Shown: piece by piece, positions 36,201-47,329 of the stretch
Numbering within the stretch: the stretch's first letter is position 1
Layout: each line of letters opens with the position of its first letter
NCBI GenBank assembly: GCA_036785375.1
Contig: JAWMAR010000079.1
Span: forward strand, 1,116,001-1,180,000
DNA from: Leucoraja ocellata
Taxonomy: Eukaryota
Reading direction: 5' to 3'
Length of the DNA: 64,000 nt
Notes under the pieces: generated by a model
What the model was told of the DNA's origin: nothing
Database searches by the model: none
What the model saw: only the letters and a program-made list of their open reading frames with translations
Position numbers and translations under genes: made by a program

Positions 36201-39200
36201 CAGAGATGAGATGGACAGTATGGGCCCTATCCTCTGATTCTTAATTCCAGGTACATTTCACTTGCAAGATGATATAAAAGTGCAACATGTTTGCAATTCC
36301 TTGACATTTTTTTAAATGTTCTATTAGTTAACACGTTTGAGGCATTGTTCGTAAACATTAGCCACTTTTTTTAAACATATTGTAAAACTGCTTTGAGTTT
36401 TGACCATTGTTACTACACTCTTTACATCGCGGAAAATCAACATTGCTGAGGTTGGATAAATAATAGATGTGATCGGTGAACTACAAATTTGTTTATATGA
36501 TTAGAATTTTAAATATGTTTGCAATTAATTGGTAGAGTAGATTGTTACTTTTAATAATTGAGAATGAATGTTGCAGGTTTGTATTGACCAACATTCATGT
36601 ATTTGTAATATGACTATACATCCTAACCAGCAATTATATGTCTTTAAAGCTGTTTCACTTGCCTGCTAAAAAGAATGTTGACACTGTTCTGGAAGAGTAT
36701 GCTAACTACAAAAAGTCACGTGGGAACACTGACAATAACAAGTGAGTGTATTTATGTTTGCTGTCTTGTATAACTTTAAAATACTGAGAAGCTAATACTG
36801 GAATTTTCATTGGGATCTCTAGAGAGGCTTGACCTTTCTCTGGAGCTCCCTTCCTCCTGGTTTTACTTGCCATGGTAAGGATAGCATTCTTGAAGATCGA
36901 AAATGTCTTTTGGCAACTTGAGATGCTCGAAAAAGACTGACCCATTAGGGTTGACAATCGGTGACCATTCCTTGAATCTGTTCCCCATCTCAACCTTGGA
37001 TGAATGGTTTTGCTTGAAAACAAAAATAAAATGGATGTTTATCTCTTTGTTTTTGAAAGAAACAAAAATGCTAGGAACTTTTAGCAGCCCAGAGAGCATC
37101 TGAGTGAGTGATGATAACATTTAATTTCAATGTTCTTTCATCAGAACTAAAATAAGTGTGTAGATATTATTACTGTCAAGATATCTGTGGATCACATTCT
37201 ATTGGTGTCACATAATGGAAGAAGGACCAAGTCTTAAATGCAAACATGGCTGTTCTTTTACTCTGGAGTTTGTTACTATACTAACCATATCCTTTGATTC
37301 TTCAATTAATCTATCTCTCTCTCTCTCAATTCCATTAATATCTCACACTCTGTCTCTTGAATTACTCACCCACTCACCCACAACCTTTCTCCAGAGCACT
37401 TGTTTTCTTGATCTCTGGTTCTACACACCAGAACTCTGCAATTTCCTTGTCAAACACATCAGAATTCTGTAGTTACCATAAGATAGCGATTGTTTGAGAG
37501 TCTGCACAGAACATTTCTGTATACTTCATGAAGACCAATGTTCTTAATTTCTCAGCCATTTCTTTATTTTCCCATATTGTTCTAAACTAAATCAGCTGCT
37601 GTTGGCTTTTATCTTTGTTTCATGCTTGACCATTCTCCTATTTGGATTTCCTTCACTTTATCAATGCTTTGTCCTCCCTCTACTGAATTCTTTGGAATAA
37701 AGGAACAGCTGCAACATTCTGATCAATTTTTTGGGAATTGTTGGCAAACAATATGGACTTGTATGGATTGGATTATTTTTAATATTGGAAAATTAGAAAA
37801 CCATTTGGCCAATTGACCCCTCCCATGTGCTCAACCTTTAATAATATTTTGGATAACTCAATCTTGGCTGCAGCACGACTTTCATATGACCCTTTGCTCT
37901 AGTTCAATTTGAATGTTTGTCAATCTCCATCTTGAATGTAATATAATGGAACTGCAGATGCTGGTTTATATGAAAGATAGACAGAAAATGCTGGAGTAAC
38001 TCAGCGGGTAAGGCTGCATCTCTGGAGAAAATGGATGTGATGTTTTGAGCTGGTACCCTTCTTCAGACTGATTGTAGTGGAGTGTGGGGGGGGAGACTGG
38101 ATACGAGAAAAAAACAGGACATATTTTAGTTAACTTCTACAAACCCCTCTCTTTCCTTTCTCCTTCTCCTTCTCCCCCCCCCCCCCCCCCCCACTAAAAG
38201 TCCATTAACTAGTTCTAAATTTCGCAATGATGTATCCCTCTTGGGCTCGCACCGTCTCTAGCCAACAATTAGCATAGCAGATGCCTGAGGTTATCTGTTG
38301 CTGGCCCCGATTTGTCATGTTTTTTTAAAACTTGCTTTCAGTTTCTCGCCCACCTCCCCACACTACAACACTACAATCAGTCAGAAGAAGGGTCCTGACC
38401 CAAAACATCATGAATCCATTTCCTTCAGAGATGCTGCCTGACCGGCAGAGCAACTCCAACTTGGATGTATTCCATTACTCCACCTCTGCTGTTCCTTGGG
38501 TTGGTGAATTCCGAGGTTCATGATCCCTCTGATAATAAATTCAGGAAAATATTGTCTCTCAATCTACCCGATAAAACTATCAAACTTCATCTTAGGGTTG
38601 CTCTGGTACCTTGATTATTTCCAATGAAAGAAACTGATTGCGGCGTTCTCCTGGTTGCTGAGTTGTGATTTTTCATTTTCAGGGAATATGCTGTTAATGA
38701 AGTAGTTGCAGGAATAAAGGAATACTTCAATGTGATGTTGGGGACTCAGCTGCTGTACAAATTTGAGCGTCCACAATATGCAGAGATCCTGGCAGATCAC
38801 CCTGATGCATCTATGGCACAGATTTACGGAGCACCACATCTCCTTCGATTGTTTGGCAAGTTTGATTAACGTCCTGAATTATTGTAGCTCTGCGCCGAGT
38901 CTTCAGAGTTTTGTTCCTTCATTCTGCAGAAGCTGGAGATGTTGGGGACAGTTGCAGCCCTCTGGAACCCAGTTCGATATTTCTCATTTGAAAGTAGGCA
39001 GCTCGTTCCACATACATACCACCCTCTGTGTGGAGAAAGTTGCCCTTGAGAAATGAGAAGTGAAATAAAATCAAAAACATCCGGTGCTAGAAACCTGTAG
39101 GCTGTGGGCCGAGGAGCTTTATTCTGCAGTTTCGTGACCCAAGTCACCAAACTACATGAAATTTTCACATATTGTGTAAAAATATTGATATAAATCACCC

Positions 39201-42200
39201 CTGAAACTCAATATGAAGAAAACTTGCACATTTTTATTAAATTAGAGCAAAACCGGAAAAATGTCGGGAATTTTTTAGTCCAATCAAAGCACGTTTAACA
39301 TTGAGTTGTCTGCCAGTTGGCCAATCACGCGCTTTGTTTCGGGCTAGCACACTAAATGGCTGAGGGGGCTTCACAGATGCCTGTTTTACTGGAGATTCCG
39401 ATTTGTTGTTCTGTGGAATAAATGTCGTGGAAACTTGCAGCAAGTTAATTGTATTTAGTGGGAAAAGCATTAAAAAAGGCTGAAGAAAGTGCTGCGAAGT
39501 GGATTAAAGTACAAGAAAGCCTTCAAAGTCCCTGCTGATTCCTGACATTTTTCCGGTTTTTCTCTAATTTAATAAAAATGTGCAAGTCTTCTTCATATAG
39601 AGTTTCGGGGTGATTTATATAAAAATGTTTACACAATATGTGAAAATTTCATGTAGTTTGGTGACTTGGGTCACAAAATCCTATTTCTAGACACATTTTT
39701 GATGCTCGGCCCACAGCCTACTGATGTAAAAATAGAAACAATCAACTTCATCCCATTTGCTTCTCGCTGGACCATTTAAGAGAAATTTGATTGCGTTCAC
39801 TTGATCAAATATGTGTGACGGAGTGAGTATCATTGTATTTTCCACGCTAAAAAATGTCCATTGTGCTGTTGCCAACGCTTTGATGTGTGAAGATAATAGC
39901 AGTAATAATAGCTCCTTTATCAGAGAAGGACGCACAAAGCAGAGCTGGCAGAAAACTGAAGGATGACTTGACCCCTTTTATATTACAAAAGGATTTGATC
40001 AGGTGGTTGCAGGGATATTTCAGTCTGAAGGCAAATCTAAATCAAGGGACTAAATATGTGGTTACTAAAAATCCAGTCGGAATTGAGGAGATTGCTAGTG
40101 CAGAGAATGTGGTGGAGCTTGCTGCCAGATGGAGTGAATGACAAGCATTTAGTTCAATATCTGAAAGAATTGGAGACACTGAGATGTTATTACTGAAGGA
40201 GAGTTGTGTGAAGCATGGGCAAACTGCTTTGATTAGCCCACTTCTGTTCTGTGGAATGAATGCTGTAACAATACTTTCTTCTAAAGTCCAGCTTCTCTCT
40301 AACAGTGCGAATAGGAGCAATGCTAGCGTACACACCTTTGGATGAGAAGAGTTTGGCCTTGCTGCTAAATTACTTGCACGATTTCTTAAAGTAAGTAACA
40401 TTTCAAAATACCTAAAGCCTTTAAAAATATACGCAAAATGCTGGAGTAACTCAGTGGAACAGGCAGCATCATTGGATAGAAGGAATGGGCGATGTTTCGG
40501 GTTGAGATCCTTCTTCAGACTTAAAACGTCACCCATTCCTACTATCCAGAGATGCTGCTTGTTCCGCTGAATTACTCCAGCATTTTGTGTTTAAGAAGGA
40601 ACTGCAGATTGCTGGAAAATCGAAGGTAGACAAATGCTGGAGAAACTCAGCAGATGAGGCAGCATCTATGGAGCGAAGGAAATAGGCAACGTTTTGGGTC
40701 TTCAGACAAGTCTTCAGGGTCTTGACCCGAAACGGTGCCAATTTTCTTTGCTCCATAGATGCTGCCTCACCCGCTGAGTTTCTCCAGCATTTTTGTCTAC
40801 CAGCATTTTGTGTCTATCTTCGGTGTAAACCAGCATCTGCATTTCTTTCCTACGCCTTAAAAAATACGGTGGATAATGGGGTGAATGTTCTTACAGCCTG
40901 GGCAACATATATAGGAAGTTGTGTGGAATGTCAGACTGTCAAACATTTAAAGTCTGGTCTGCATACCAGTGAAAATCAGTGTAAGGGAATAAATTCTGGG
41001 AAAATACTCGGGTCATCTGGAGAATGAACTGTTCTTACCTTGTAGTCTTTATTAGAAGTGGAAGATTGAAATTTTGAGCAAGTATAGAATTTAGCAAGGG
41101 ATTAAGGATTGGAAGTAAAGAATACACATACAATGTCAGATGAAGTGGTAGGTTGTTGGGATTAAGGGGAAACAAATGTCTTTTAAAAGTCATTGTGTCG
41201 ACTTCTATAATTTCCTCTGCAGCTCATTCCAGCTACGGGCCATCCTCTGAATGAAACAATTGCTCCTGACGTCCTTCTTAAATCTCCACCCTCTTGCCTT
41301 AAACTTCTGTCCTCTATTTTTACAATCCTCTACCCTGCAGAAAATACTGGTTGCTTACACTTTATTCATGCCCCTCCTGATACTGTACGCCTCAATAAAG
41401 TCACCCCCTGGGCCCCCATATTCGAAGAAAAAATGCCAGCCTATCTAACCTCTCCCCATAACCCATGTGTGCAAACCCAAGTAATATTCTGGGGCATCTC
41501 TTCTGACCCCTTCGACCTTAATGATATCTTGTAGCGGGCAACTGGAACTGCTCCCACCTCCTACACTTGCCCCCAGACGGAACATTGTCCATTGAACCTC
41601 AGTAGTGATGGGTCTTCCCCTTCCCCCTCTGTCAACCAGGTGAGAAGCATTAAGTTAATATCTCCCCCATCTTTTATGGCTCTACACACAGATGGCCATG
41701 TTGATCTTTAAGTGGATCTTCTATCCCAATCCCCTTTTTTACACTTAATATGCCTGCAGAATCTGTTAGGATTTACCTTTACATGCCAGCTCCATTTCAC
41801 GCCTTATATTTGCCCTCCTGTTTGCTGCCTTGAATGTGCAAAAATAGGGGGTCTTTCACAAATTTCCTTGCCATCCATATCTCTGGCTCAACAGCTTTTT
41901 GTGGTGTGGGTTGGAATAGCTGAGAGGTGGAGGATTTGGGGAGCATCCGACTTGCACAGAAATTGGAGGTGCAGTGTAAATGTGGGCTTCATCAGAGTCC
42001 ATGTCAGATTCAGATTCAACTTTCATTGTCAGTGTACAGTACAGAGACAACAAAGGCAAATATAGAGAAGGCAAATTGGGGTGTGACTAACCATCTTGGT
42101 AACTGAATTGTTATTCGTAACTCTATTTTCTTCAACCCCACGTCATTTTCAGGTACTTGGTGAAGAATGCTTCAAGTCTGTTCAGTCCAAGTGATTATGA

Positions 42201-42237
42201 AGTGGCACCACCAGAATATCATCGAAAGGCCGTGTGA
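6880..42237 (+). CDS. MORF4L1: MORF4L1/MRG15 whole gene span: 12 coding exons, 975 nt, 324 aa, chromo-barrel domain plus MRG domain
   Basis: Spliced exons give one open frame: [33 protein letters not shown]...[21 protein letters not shown]...[10 protein letters not shown]...[17 protein letters not shown]...[26 protein letters not shown]...[13 protein letters not shown]. All phases are consistent. Confidence 0.98.
8922..9440 (-). mobile_element. CR1/HER1 LINE 3' fragment
   Basis: ORF 8981..9220 [11 protein letters not shown]...[22 protein letters not shown]; (CATAAGA)-type tail at the left end. Confidence 0.8.
9840..10032 (+). mobile_element. Degenerate Deu-domain SINE (SacSINE1/AmnSINE1-like)
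   Basis: TTGCTGAGCACAAATTGGCAACCGTTTT..ACATAACAA..and TGTGAAGGATGTTATATTTGCAAGT resemble the Deu domain and its 3' end. Confidence 0.5.
10736..10782 (+). CDS. MORF4L1: MORF4L1 exon 2 (47 nt)
   Basis: tttcag| (G)[15 protein letters not shown] |gtatgt. Confidence 0.97.
11975..12190 (+). mobile_element. Penelope-like GIY-YIG endonuclease remnant plus terminal repeat
   Basis: Reads GHLLSV...[10 protein letters not shown].(S)HSHTD.SVLG.LH, typical of the PLE GIY-YIG C-terminus, then the CAGCATCTGCAGT tail. Confidence 0.65.
12266..12295. repeat. Poly-C tract (about 30 nt)
   Basis: Uninterrupted C run; a shorter one lies at 38174-38192. Confidence 0.9.
12425..12790 (+). mobile_element. CR1/HER1 LINE 3' fragment
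   Basis: [23 protein letters not shown]; tail TCTATGTCTTAAGCTCTTATG. Confidence 0.8.
13382..14140 (-). mobile_element. Young 5'-truncated CR1/HER1 LINE with an uninterrupted 211-aa RT C-terminal frame
   Basis: ORF 13474..14109 (QRDLGV.VH...[19 protein letters not shown]...RTRGHSLRI...WNSLPQ); (TTTCTATG)n tail. Confidence 0.93.
15753..15820 (+). CDS. MORF4L1: MORF4L1 exon 3 (68 nt)
   Basis: atatag| [22 protein letters not shown](N) |gtaagt. Confidence 0.97.
17378..18010 (+). mobile_element. CR1/HER1 LINE 3' fragment
   Basis: ORF 17428..17832 [21 protein letters not shown]...; tail TTTCTATGTTTCTA. Confidence 0.9.
19083..19120 (+). ncRNA. Minimal type I hammerhead-ribozyme-like motif at the start of a Penelope-derived repeat (repeat extends to ~19215)
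   Basis: TGGGT-CTGAAGA-A-GGGTC(TT)GACCT-GAAA-CC-TC-ACCCA: stem I TGGGT/ACCCA, core CUGANGA and GAAA, stem II. The ACGT stem III seen in other copies is mutated here. Confidence 0.6.
20368..20776 (+). mobile_element. HE1/V-SINE carrying an 87-bp Penelope-tail insertion
   Basis: tRNA-like head (GGTAGAGCTGCTGCCTTACAACGCCAGAGA), V-domain (TTACTCCCACATCCCAAAGAC), CR1-like tail; insertion at 20645-20731. Confidence 0.8.
21710..21997 (+). mobile_element. HE1/V-SINE
   Basis: GGTGGCGCAGTGGCAGAG A box, GGTTTGATCC B box, V-domain GCGTGGGTTT..CTCCTCCCACACGCCAAAGA, tail CCATGCTGTATCACTAAACTAA. Confidence 0.85.
22395..22975 (-). mobile_element. Rex1/Babar-type LINE 3' fragment
   Basis: Minus strand RRCLKK..SI.KDPHH...[15 protein letters not shown]. 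Confidence 0.7.
24673..25167. mobile_element. CpG-rich fold-back MITE (hAT-like degenerate ends) in MORF4L1 intron 3
   Basis: Internal inverted arms of about 95 bp (24753-24847 and 25003-25100); ends CAGTGTTTCC / GGAAGCACTA; no clean TSD visible. Confidence 0.7.
25180..25620. mobile_element. GC-rich interspersed repeat fragment (family uncertain)
   Basis: Abrupt G-run and CpG-rich block with TGACGTCA at 25521-25528, ending at the exon 4 polypyrimidine tract. Confidence 0.4.
25681..25767 (+). CDS. MORF4L1: MORF4L1 exon 4 (87 nt)
   Basis: ttttag| (N)[28 protein letters not shown](Q) |gtgagt. Confidence 0.97.
26778..26858 (+). CDS. MORF4L1: MORF4L1 exon 5 (81 nt)
   Basis: ctttag| (Q)[26 protein letters not shown](I) |gtaagt. 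Confidence 0.96.
27545..27915 (-). mobile_element. Rex1/Babar-type LINE fragment, with a CR1 tail at ~27220-27436
   Basis: Minus [44 protein letters not shown]. Confidence 0.7.
29035..29060 (+). CDS. MORF4L1: MORF4L1 exon 6 (26-nt microexon)
   Basis: tttcag| (I)KTKKNKQK(A) |gtaagc; needed to keep the frame between exons 5 and 7. Confidence 0.93.
30012..31270 (-). mobile_element. Penelope-like element remnant interrupted by an HE1/V-SINE (about 30836-31067, minus strand)
   Basis: Terminal repeat at ~30020-30140, GIY-YIG-like region ~30470-30780, linker-like region ~31070-31160; SINE with GGTTCGATCC B box and V-domain on the minus strand. Confidence 0.7.
31714..31802 (+). CDS. MORF4L1: MORF4L1 exon 7 (89 nt), includes the basic PRKKRAR NLS-like motif
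   Basis: ttttag| (A)[29 protein letters not shown] |gtatgt. Confidence 0.95.
32830..32945 (+). mobile_element. Penelope GIY-YIG remnant
   Basis: [10 protein letters not shown](G)[12 protein letters not shown]-like reading with one frameshift. Confidence 0.5.
33824..33925 (+). CDS. MORF4L1: MORF4L1 exon 8 (102 nt), start of the MRG domain
   Basis: ctgcag| [34 protein letters not shown] |gttagt. Confidence 0.97.
35860..36185 (+). mobile_element. Young CR1/HER1 LINE 3' end
   Basis: About 90% identical by eye to the reverse complement of 13382-13670; tail TTTCTATGTTTCTAT. Confidence 0.9.
36650..36741 (+). CDS. MORF4L1: MORF4L1 exon 9 (92 nt)
   Basis: tttaaag| [30 protein letters not shown](K) |gtgagt. 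Confidence 0.95.
38683..38855 (+). CDS. MORF4L1: MORF4L1 exon 10 (173 nt), GC donor
   Basis: tttcag| (K)[57 protein letters not shown](V) |gcaagt. Confidence 0.95.
39098..39720. mobile_element. Fold-back MITE with long inverted arms in MORF4L1 intron 10
   Basis: TA-GGCTGTGGGCCGAG ... CTCGGCCCACAGCC-TA outer inverted repeat; inner arms of about 138 bp (39134-39271 and 39538-39674) are near-complementary. Confidence 0.85.
40306..40390 (+). CDS. MORF4L1: MORF4L1 exon 11 (85 nt)
   Basis: taacag| (V)[27 protein letters not shown](K) |gtaagt. Confidence 0.97.
40426..40853. repeat. Nested fold-backs of Penelope-derived terminal repeats
   Basis: AAAATGCTGGAGTAACTCAG...CTGAATTACTCCAGCATTTT and AAATGCTGGAGAAACTCAGC...GCTGAGTTTCTCCAGCATTT inverted pairs. 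Confidence 0.8.
42153..42237 (+). CDS. MORF4L1: MORF4L1 exon 12, coding part (85 nt including TGA)
   Basis: tttcag| (K)[27 protein letters not shown]. Confidence 0.97.
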
Positions 42238-43935
42238 CTGTGCTAACTGTAATTTCACCTTTTGGTAATGATTTCTTTTTGTATTTAACTTTTTTTTGTA
42301 CAGGTTTTTTTTAACCAATTTGAAGTACAGCAGTTGTTGCCGCTGGTACCTGCAGCAATGAGGTTCCAAATGTAATTTGTAAACCATTTTAGTAGACTTT
42401 TACCATTGATGGTTTTTCATCCTCTGGTAGTCTTTTTGGCAAATGGAGTGTGGGTAGTGGAGCCAGTGTGGAGGAAACCAGATACTTTAATTCCTGAATG
42501 GTTTGGGTTTTATCCTTGGATACAAACATTAAAAATGTTCTTAATCATGGTTATGTTGTAAACATCCAGTTTATGCTTATTGGTTATATCATAGCCCTGT
42601 TTTTTGGGCTGATAAATTAGTTTGAACTTGGGTTCCATGATAACAAAGAACAAGTTTGTAATTTTTCAGCTCTTGATGATACAAGGAGGTGGATTTTAAC
42701 TGTATCACGTGCTGCATGTGGATTTCTATCCATTTGTGGAAAATGCATTTAATAGTCAGATTTTTTTTGTTTGTAAAAATGCACAGTTGAGTGCTTAATA
42801 CAGATGGAAAATGGAAGCAATTTCCATTCCAACACTTTCAACCCGGAGAAGGAAGAAAATTCCTGTAAAAGTGAGCTTTGAAAAGCTAATTAAATTACCT
42901 TGGCAGGAAAGAAGAAACATTTTTCTTCCTCCTTGCCTGAGGGTGCTGATCTGTCTGGGGTGCAGTCACACTCCACGTTTTTAGCAGTGTTCTGGCATCG
43001 TTCTGCGATAGCCGTTTTTCATGTGTGAACCATATCAAGGACACACACAACAAGCTCTGAAGTCATTAAACAGCATTTGGTTCAGATCTCTGTCGAACCG
43101 TCTGCTCTGGTTACTTGGGTTAGAAACCCTTCAGCCCAGACTGAAACGTCTTCCCTGTTGTGGATGTCAAGTCTACACTCGGGTAGTCTGTAGGGGAAGG
43201 GTGATGCATTGGGGAAGGTGATGTATTGTTTCCTCAAATTCTGTACAGAACTAACTTGTGTTGAAACTTTTGCTGGTTAATCAGAGTTTACTTTGCTGAA
43301 AGTCTTACGATAGTGATGCAGCTAACAGCTGATGGACTTCCTCGCCAATCTGCACAGAACTACAGGGAATCACAAAAGCATTGTCAAAAGCCTGTGCACA
43401 GCAGTGCGGGAGTGGGACAGAGCAGCCTAACCATATACAACTCAAGAAATCTCCATTCCTGCACAAATTGTATATAGAAAAACCTTTGTGGCACCAATGA
43501 CAGTGATATCACCAGGAAGGACAAAGTGCGAGATTCTACCAGAGAAATATATTGCCATCCCTGGTACATTGGCTTTGTACAGGAAACAGAGCTGTCACTC
43601 TACTACATAACATCAATAAATGGATCTTTTTGGGAGTCGATTTTCCAAAGATGCAGTTATGTAAAATCTTCTGTTTTTTTTAGATTCTTCTCTGCATTTG
43701 TATTTGATAATGTACAATATTCAAATTCATGTTCATTTTTTATACAACTTATTATAAGTAAACCTGTGGACTTTTCAAAGTCTGTTTCTGTTCATTGAAG
43801 ACTGGGCAATTCTAAGAACTTGTACCTGAGAATGGAAGGTCCAATCTGATGCTCACTTTCAACGCGCATCAGAACTTGATGAGACTTGCCTGTTGCTTGT
43901 GTACATAAATAAAAATTGTATCCTTGTGTTTGTAA
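42238..43935 (+). other. Probable MORF4L1 3' UTR with alternative polyadenylation signals
   Basis: AU-rich stretch with no repeat I recognise; ATTAAA ~42528, AATAAA 43615-43620, AATAAA 43908-43913 preceded by TGTA and followed by a GU-rich tract. Confidence 0.6.
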
Positions 43936-44914
43936 ATTCCAGTAAAATGTTGAATGATGTTTGGTTTCATGAGTGCTCTTTGTGGCCTGTTGGGGATGAA
44001 AGGAGTGTAAATGTTCCTCAGGAGAAAAGAGGTGGGAGTATGCCCTGGATCAATTCCAATAAGATCATCACTGATCATCTGACTTGCCTCCACAGACTCT
44101 CTGGACTGTCCTCTCGGTTCCCATGGTGCGTAAACATTTATTGTTGTTGAAACGTCACTATATTGAATATCTGAGGGTCTACAGATGCTGTGGTAGAAAA
44201 TTATGTAGGTTTACAGCCCTCTGGGCCTTTATGTGCAGGAAGGAACTGCAGATGCTGGTCTACACCAAAGATAGACACAAAAAGCTGGAGTAACTCAACG
44301 GATCAGGCAACATCTCTGGAGAAAAGGATTAAGTGAAGTTTTGGCTCAAGACCTTTTCCCCTGTGAGTCTTTAATTTGTTGTCCGACAGCAGAGAGATCG
44401 GCACTTCAGCCCAACTCGTCCATAGAATTTATCCTGTTGAACCCTCCGAGAATGTTATTTTGGAGGTATGGTTTGTATAATTGTGTGAAAGAATGAATCT
44501 GTATGGATCTTTATTGTGATTTACTGTGGCAGACAATATTTACTTGTCAGATTTTGTTAAGACTCAAAAGGACGCGTCTTGTTGCACTGATATATCTCAA
44601 CAGGTTAGTTAATGTTGCATTTATATATTAAAATAGAACCACTTAAGCTCTGCATTTTATGGTTGAGTTATGAGCTGTAATCCTATCCATGAAATGGCAC
44701 ATGCACAACACAGTTTAAAACACAGGCAAGAGTACTGGATGCTTCATCTGTAATTGCAAATTAAATTCTGAAACAAGAACTCCCTTGTTTCTGCTATTTA
44801 ATATCGATGTAGGCTTATGGACCAGAGGGAGGACACACCAAGCAAATGACGCCATTTTTTTCTCCTAGAATGAGATAAAACTGTTTAGGAAGGAACTGCC
44901 GTTGCTGGTTTATA

Positions 44915-45185
44915 GACAATAGGTGTAGGAGTAGGCCATTCGGCTCTTCGAGCCAGCACCGCCATTCAATGTGATCATGGCTGATCATCCACAATCAGTA
45001 CCCTGTTCTTGCCTTCTCATATCCCCTGACTCCGCTATCTATAAGAGCTCTATCTAACTCTTGAAAACATCCAGAGAACCGGCCTCCACCGCCTTTTGAG
45101 GCAGAGAATTCCACAGACTCGCAACTCTCTGTGAGAAAAAGTTTTTCCTCGACTCCGTTCTAAATGGCTTACTCCTTATTATTAA
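44915..45185 (-). mobile_element. CR1/HER1 LINE 3' end inserted into a Penelope-tail repeat
   Basis: TAGACAATAGGTG..GGAGTAGGCCATTCGG... tail; the host repeat continues on both sides (44888-44912, 45207-45305). Confidence 0.8.
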
Positions 45186-47329
45186 ACAGGCCAAAAATCC
45201 AAATGCAACCGAAGATAGACACAAAATCAGTGTAACTCAGCGGGACAGACAGCATCTCTGAAGAGATGTGATGGGTGACGTTTCGGGTCAAGACCCTACT
45301 TCAGAAAATTGTCGCTTTGTTCCCAGATTGCTTTTATCCATTTTGTTTAGATATGTGTAAATGTCTTAACAAAATATGATTGAAAGCATGAGCCATTAAC
45401 ATTACCTCTTGCAATGGTAGGAAACCCCATACTGATTGAGGTGAAGTCCATTTGGGGGACATCTTGCATACTGTCAGCTTCCACAAATACCCCAACGCAA
45501 TAATGAGCAGAACTTCTTGGTGTTTTGATTATTTATTTCTGAGTCGGTGTAATTAAAAATAGGTTAGTCGTTTTATTTTATTTTTATCTTTAGAGAAATG
45601 AAAGAATATTTAAGTATGTCAGAGTTGTGTACCCTTTATGCAAAAAAAAGAGCATCTGGAAAATAGATATTTTACTTCGCTCAGCTGTTGTAACTCGTTC
45701 CACTGCAGGATCTGGTTATATTGTCCAGTCTGAGTCACACAGCCAGGAACCAGGCCCTGCAGCCCAATTTGTCAACCAAGATCCCCATCTATGCTAGCCC
45801 CATTTGGTGCGTTTGGCACAACTCCCATGCATGTACCTGCCCAAAGGTCTTTTATATGTTATTGTACCTGCCTCAACTACTTCCGCTGGCAGCTAAATAT
45901 ATCATGTCACATTAAGTATGTGAACTTGAGGACACGGTACAATTTCCAAGTTTGCTGGCAAAACAGTATGCTGTGCGGAGAACAGAAATAAGGTAGAATA
46001 GTCTTGTCTACTATTTAAGCTGTTCATAGCATGTTCTGATGTGAAAGTCAGCACAAAGATGACATGCAGTATGTCAGGTCCAATTGATCCGACAGCCGCA
46101 TGCTTTCAATGCAATTTTATTTTTCCAAGCTCTTTTTCCAGTGCTTTTCTGAACCCAAATTGCCTTCTCCATTCCCCCAAGAAGAACATTCCAGACCCCA
46201 ACCACTTACCACCAAAAGCAATTTTGCCTTGATAAATTTTTAGTGGTTTTGCCAATCACTTTCATGGTATGTTCACGCTTCTTGGCCATTCCACTAACAG
46301 GAAGTGTTTCCATACACTCGCTCCAGATCGTTCTGGATTTTCAATACCTTTACTGGATCAATTTTCAACGTCCCTTGTTCCAAGAATCTCTAGCGTATCC
46401 AAATAATAAAAACTCCTAATCCCTACGATCATTCTAACAAATCTCTTCTGCACCTTCTCCCTCAGGTCTTCCCTAAAGTATAGCACCAAAAACTGGACTA
46501 TAGACTATGACTGTAGACTACTAGCTGTCTATAATGTTTCTCGGGCTTCCTTGCTCTTGTACTATATGCATCAATTTATAAAGCCTGAAATCTTGTTATT
46601 TTAACTTCTGTCTCAACCTGACCTGCCACTTTCAACAATTTACGCAAATAAATCGCAAAATTTTGGTTTTTGTACCTCTTGAAATTCTTTTTGTTTTTGT
46701 ACCTCTCCTCATTCTTCCTCTTGAAATGTGACACCTGACATTCCTGTGTTGGAAGGAATGTACCCGACATGTCCTCTGCTGTAGCCTCTCCTGTGATTCG
46801 GACTTGCTTTGAGCAACAACAGGTAAGACTGCTCTGCCTGAGATCCAGTTTCACCACTCATTGCCGTACCCACCTACAGAATGCCGGATCATCTTTATAT
46901 TATGGTCTTGCTCTGTGCTTAGTATTATTTTGCCATTTTGTGCCACAATCAGTCAATTTACACATATGTAAACTGTCAGGTTTGCTTTTAATTTTCACTA
47001 TGGTTTGGTGTGACAGAATAAGTCATGTCTGATTCCATTACATTTTGTTTTGGAAAATGCATTGTGTGATTGTGTCCATTTTTCCAGAGACCTTACCTGA
47101 TATTTGGAAAGAGGTTATATACTTCAGTGTGAATCTGGCACATGGTGGTTGAATCAGTCAGACTTTCTATTGTGTGAGATGCCATTTCCTCAGGATCGAT
47201 TAATCGGTCCCCGCTTCCTCTGTGCCGTAGGAAAAAGCACCAAAGAGACTTGGGATAAAGTGCTGGGGGTTAAGATAATAAAATCAAGAAACAAATTGAT
47301 AAGGTGCCACATTTGAGGCTGCAAAGGAA

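Noticed and set aside
40042-40536. 164-aa minus-strand ORF
   Set aside because: Antisense shadow of exon 11 joined to repeat sequence
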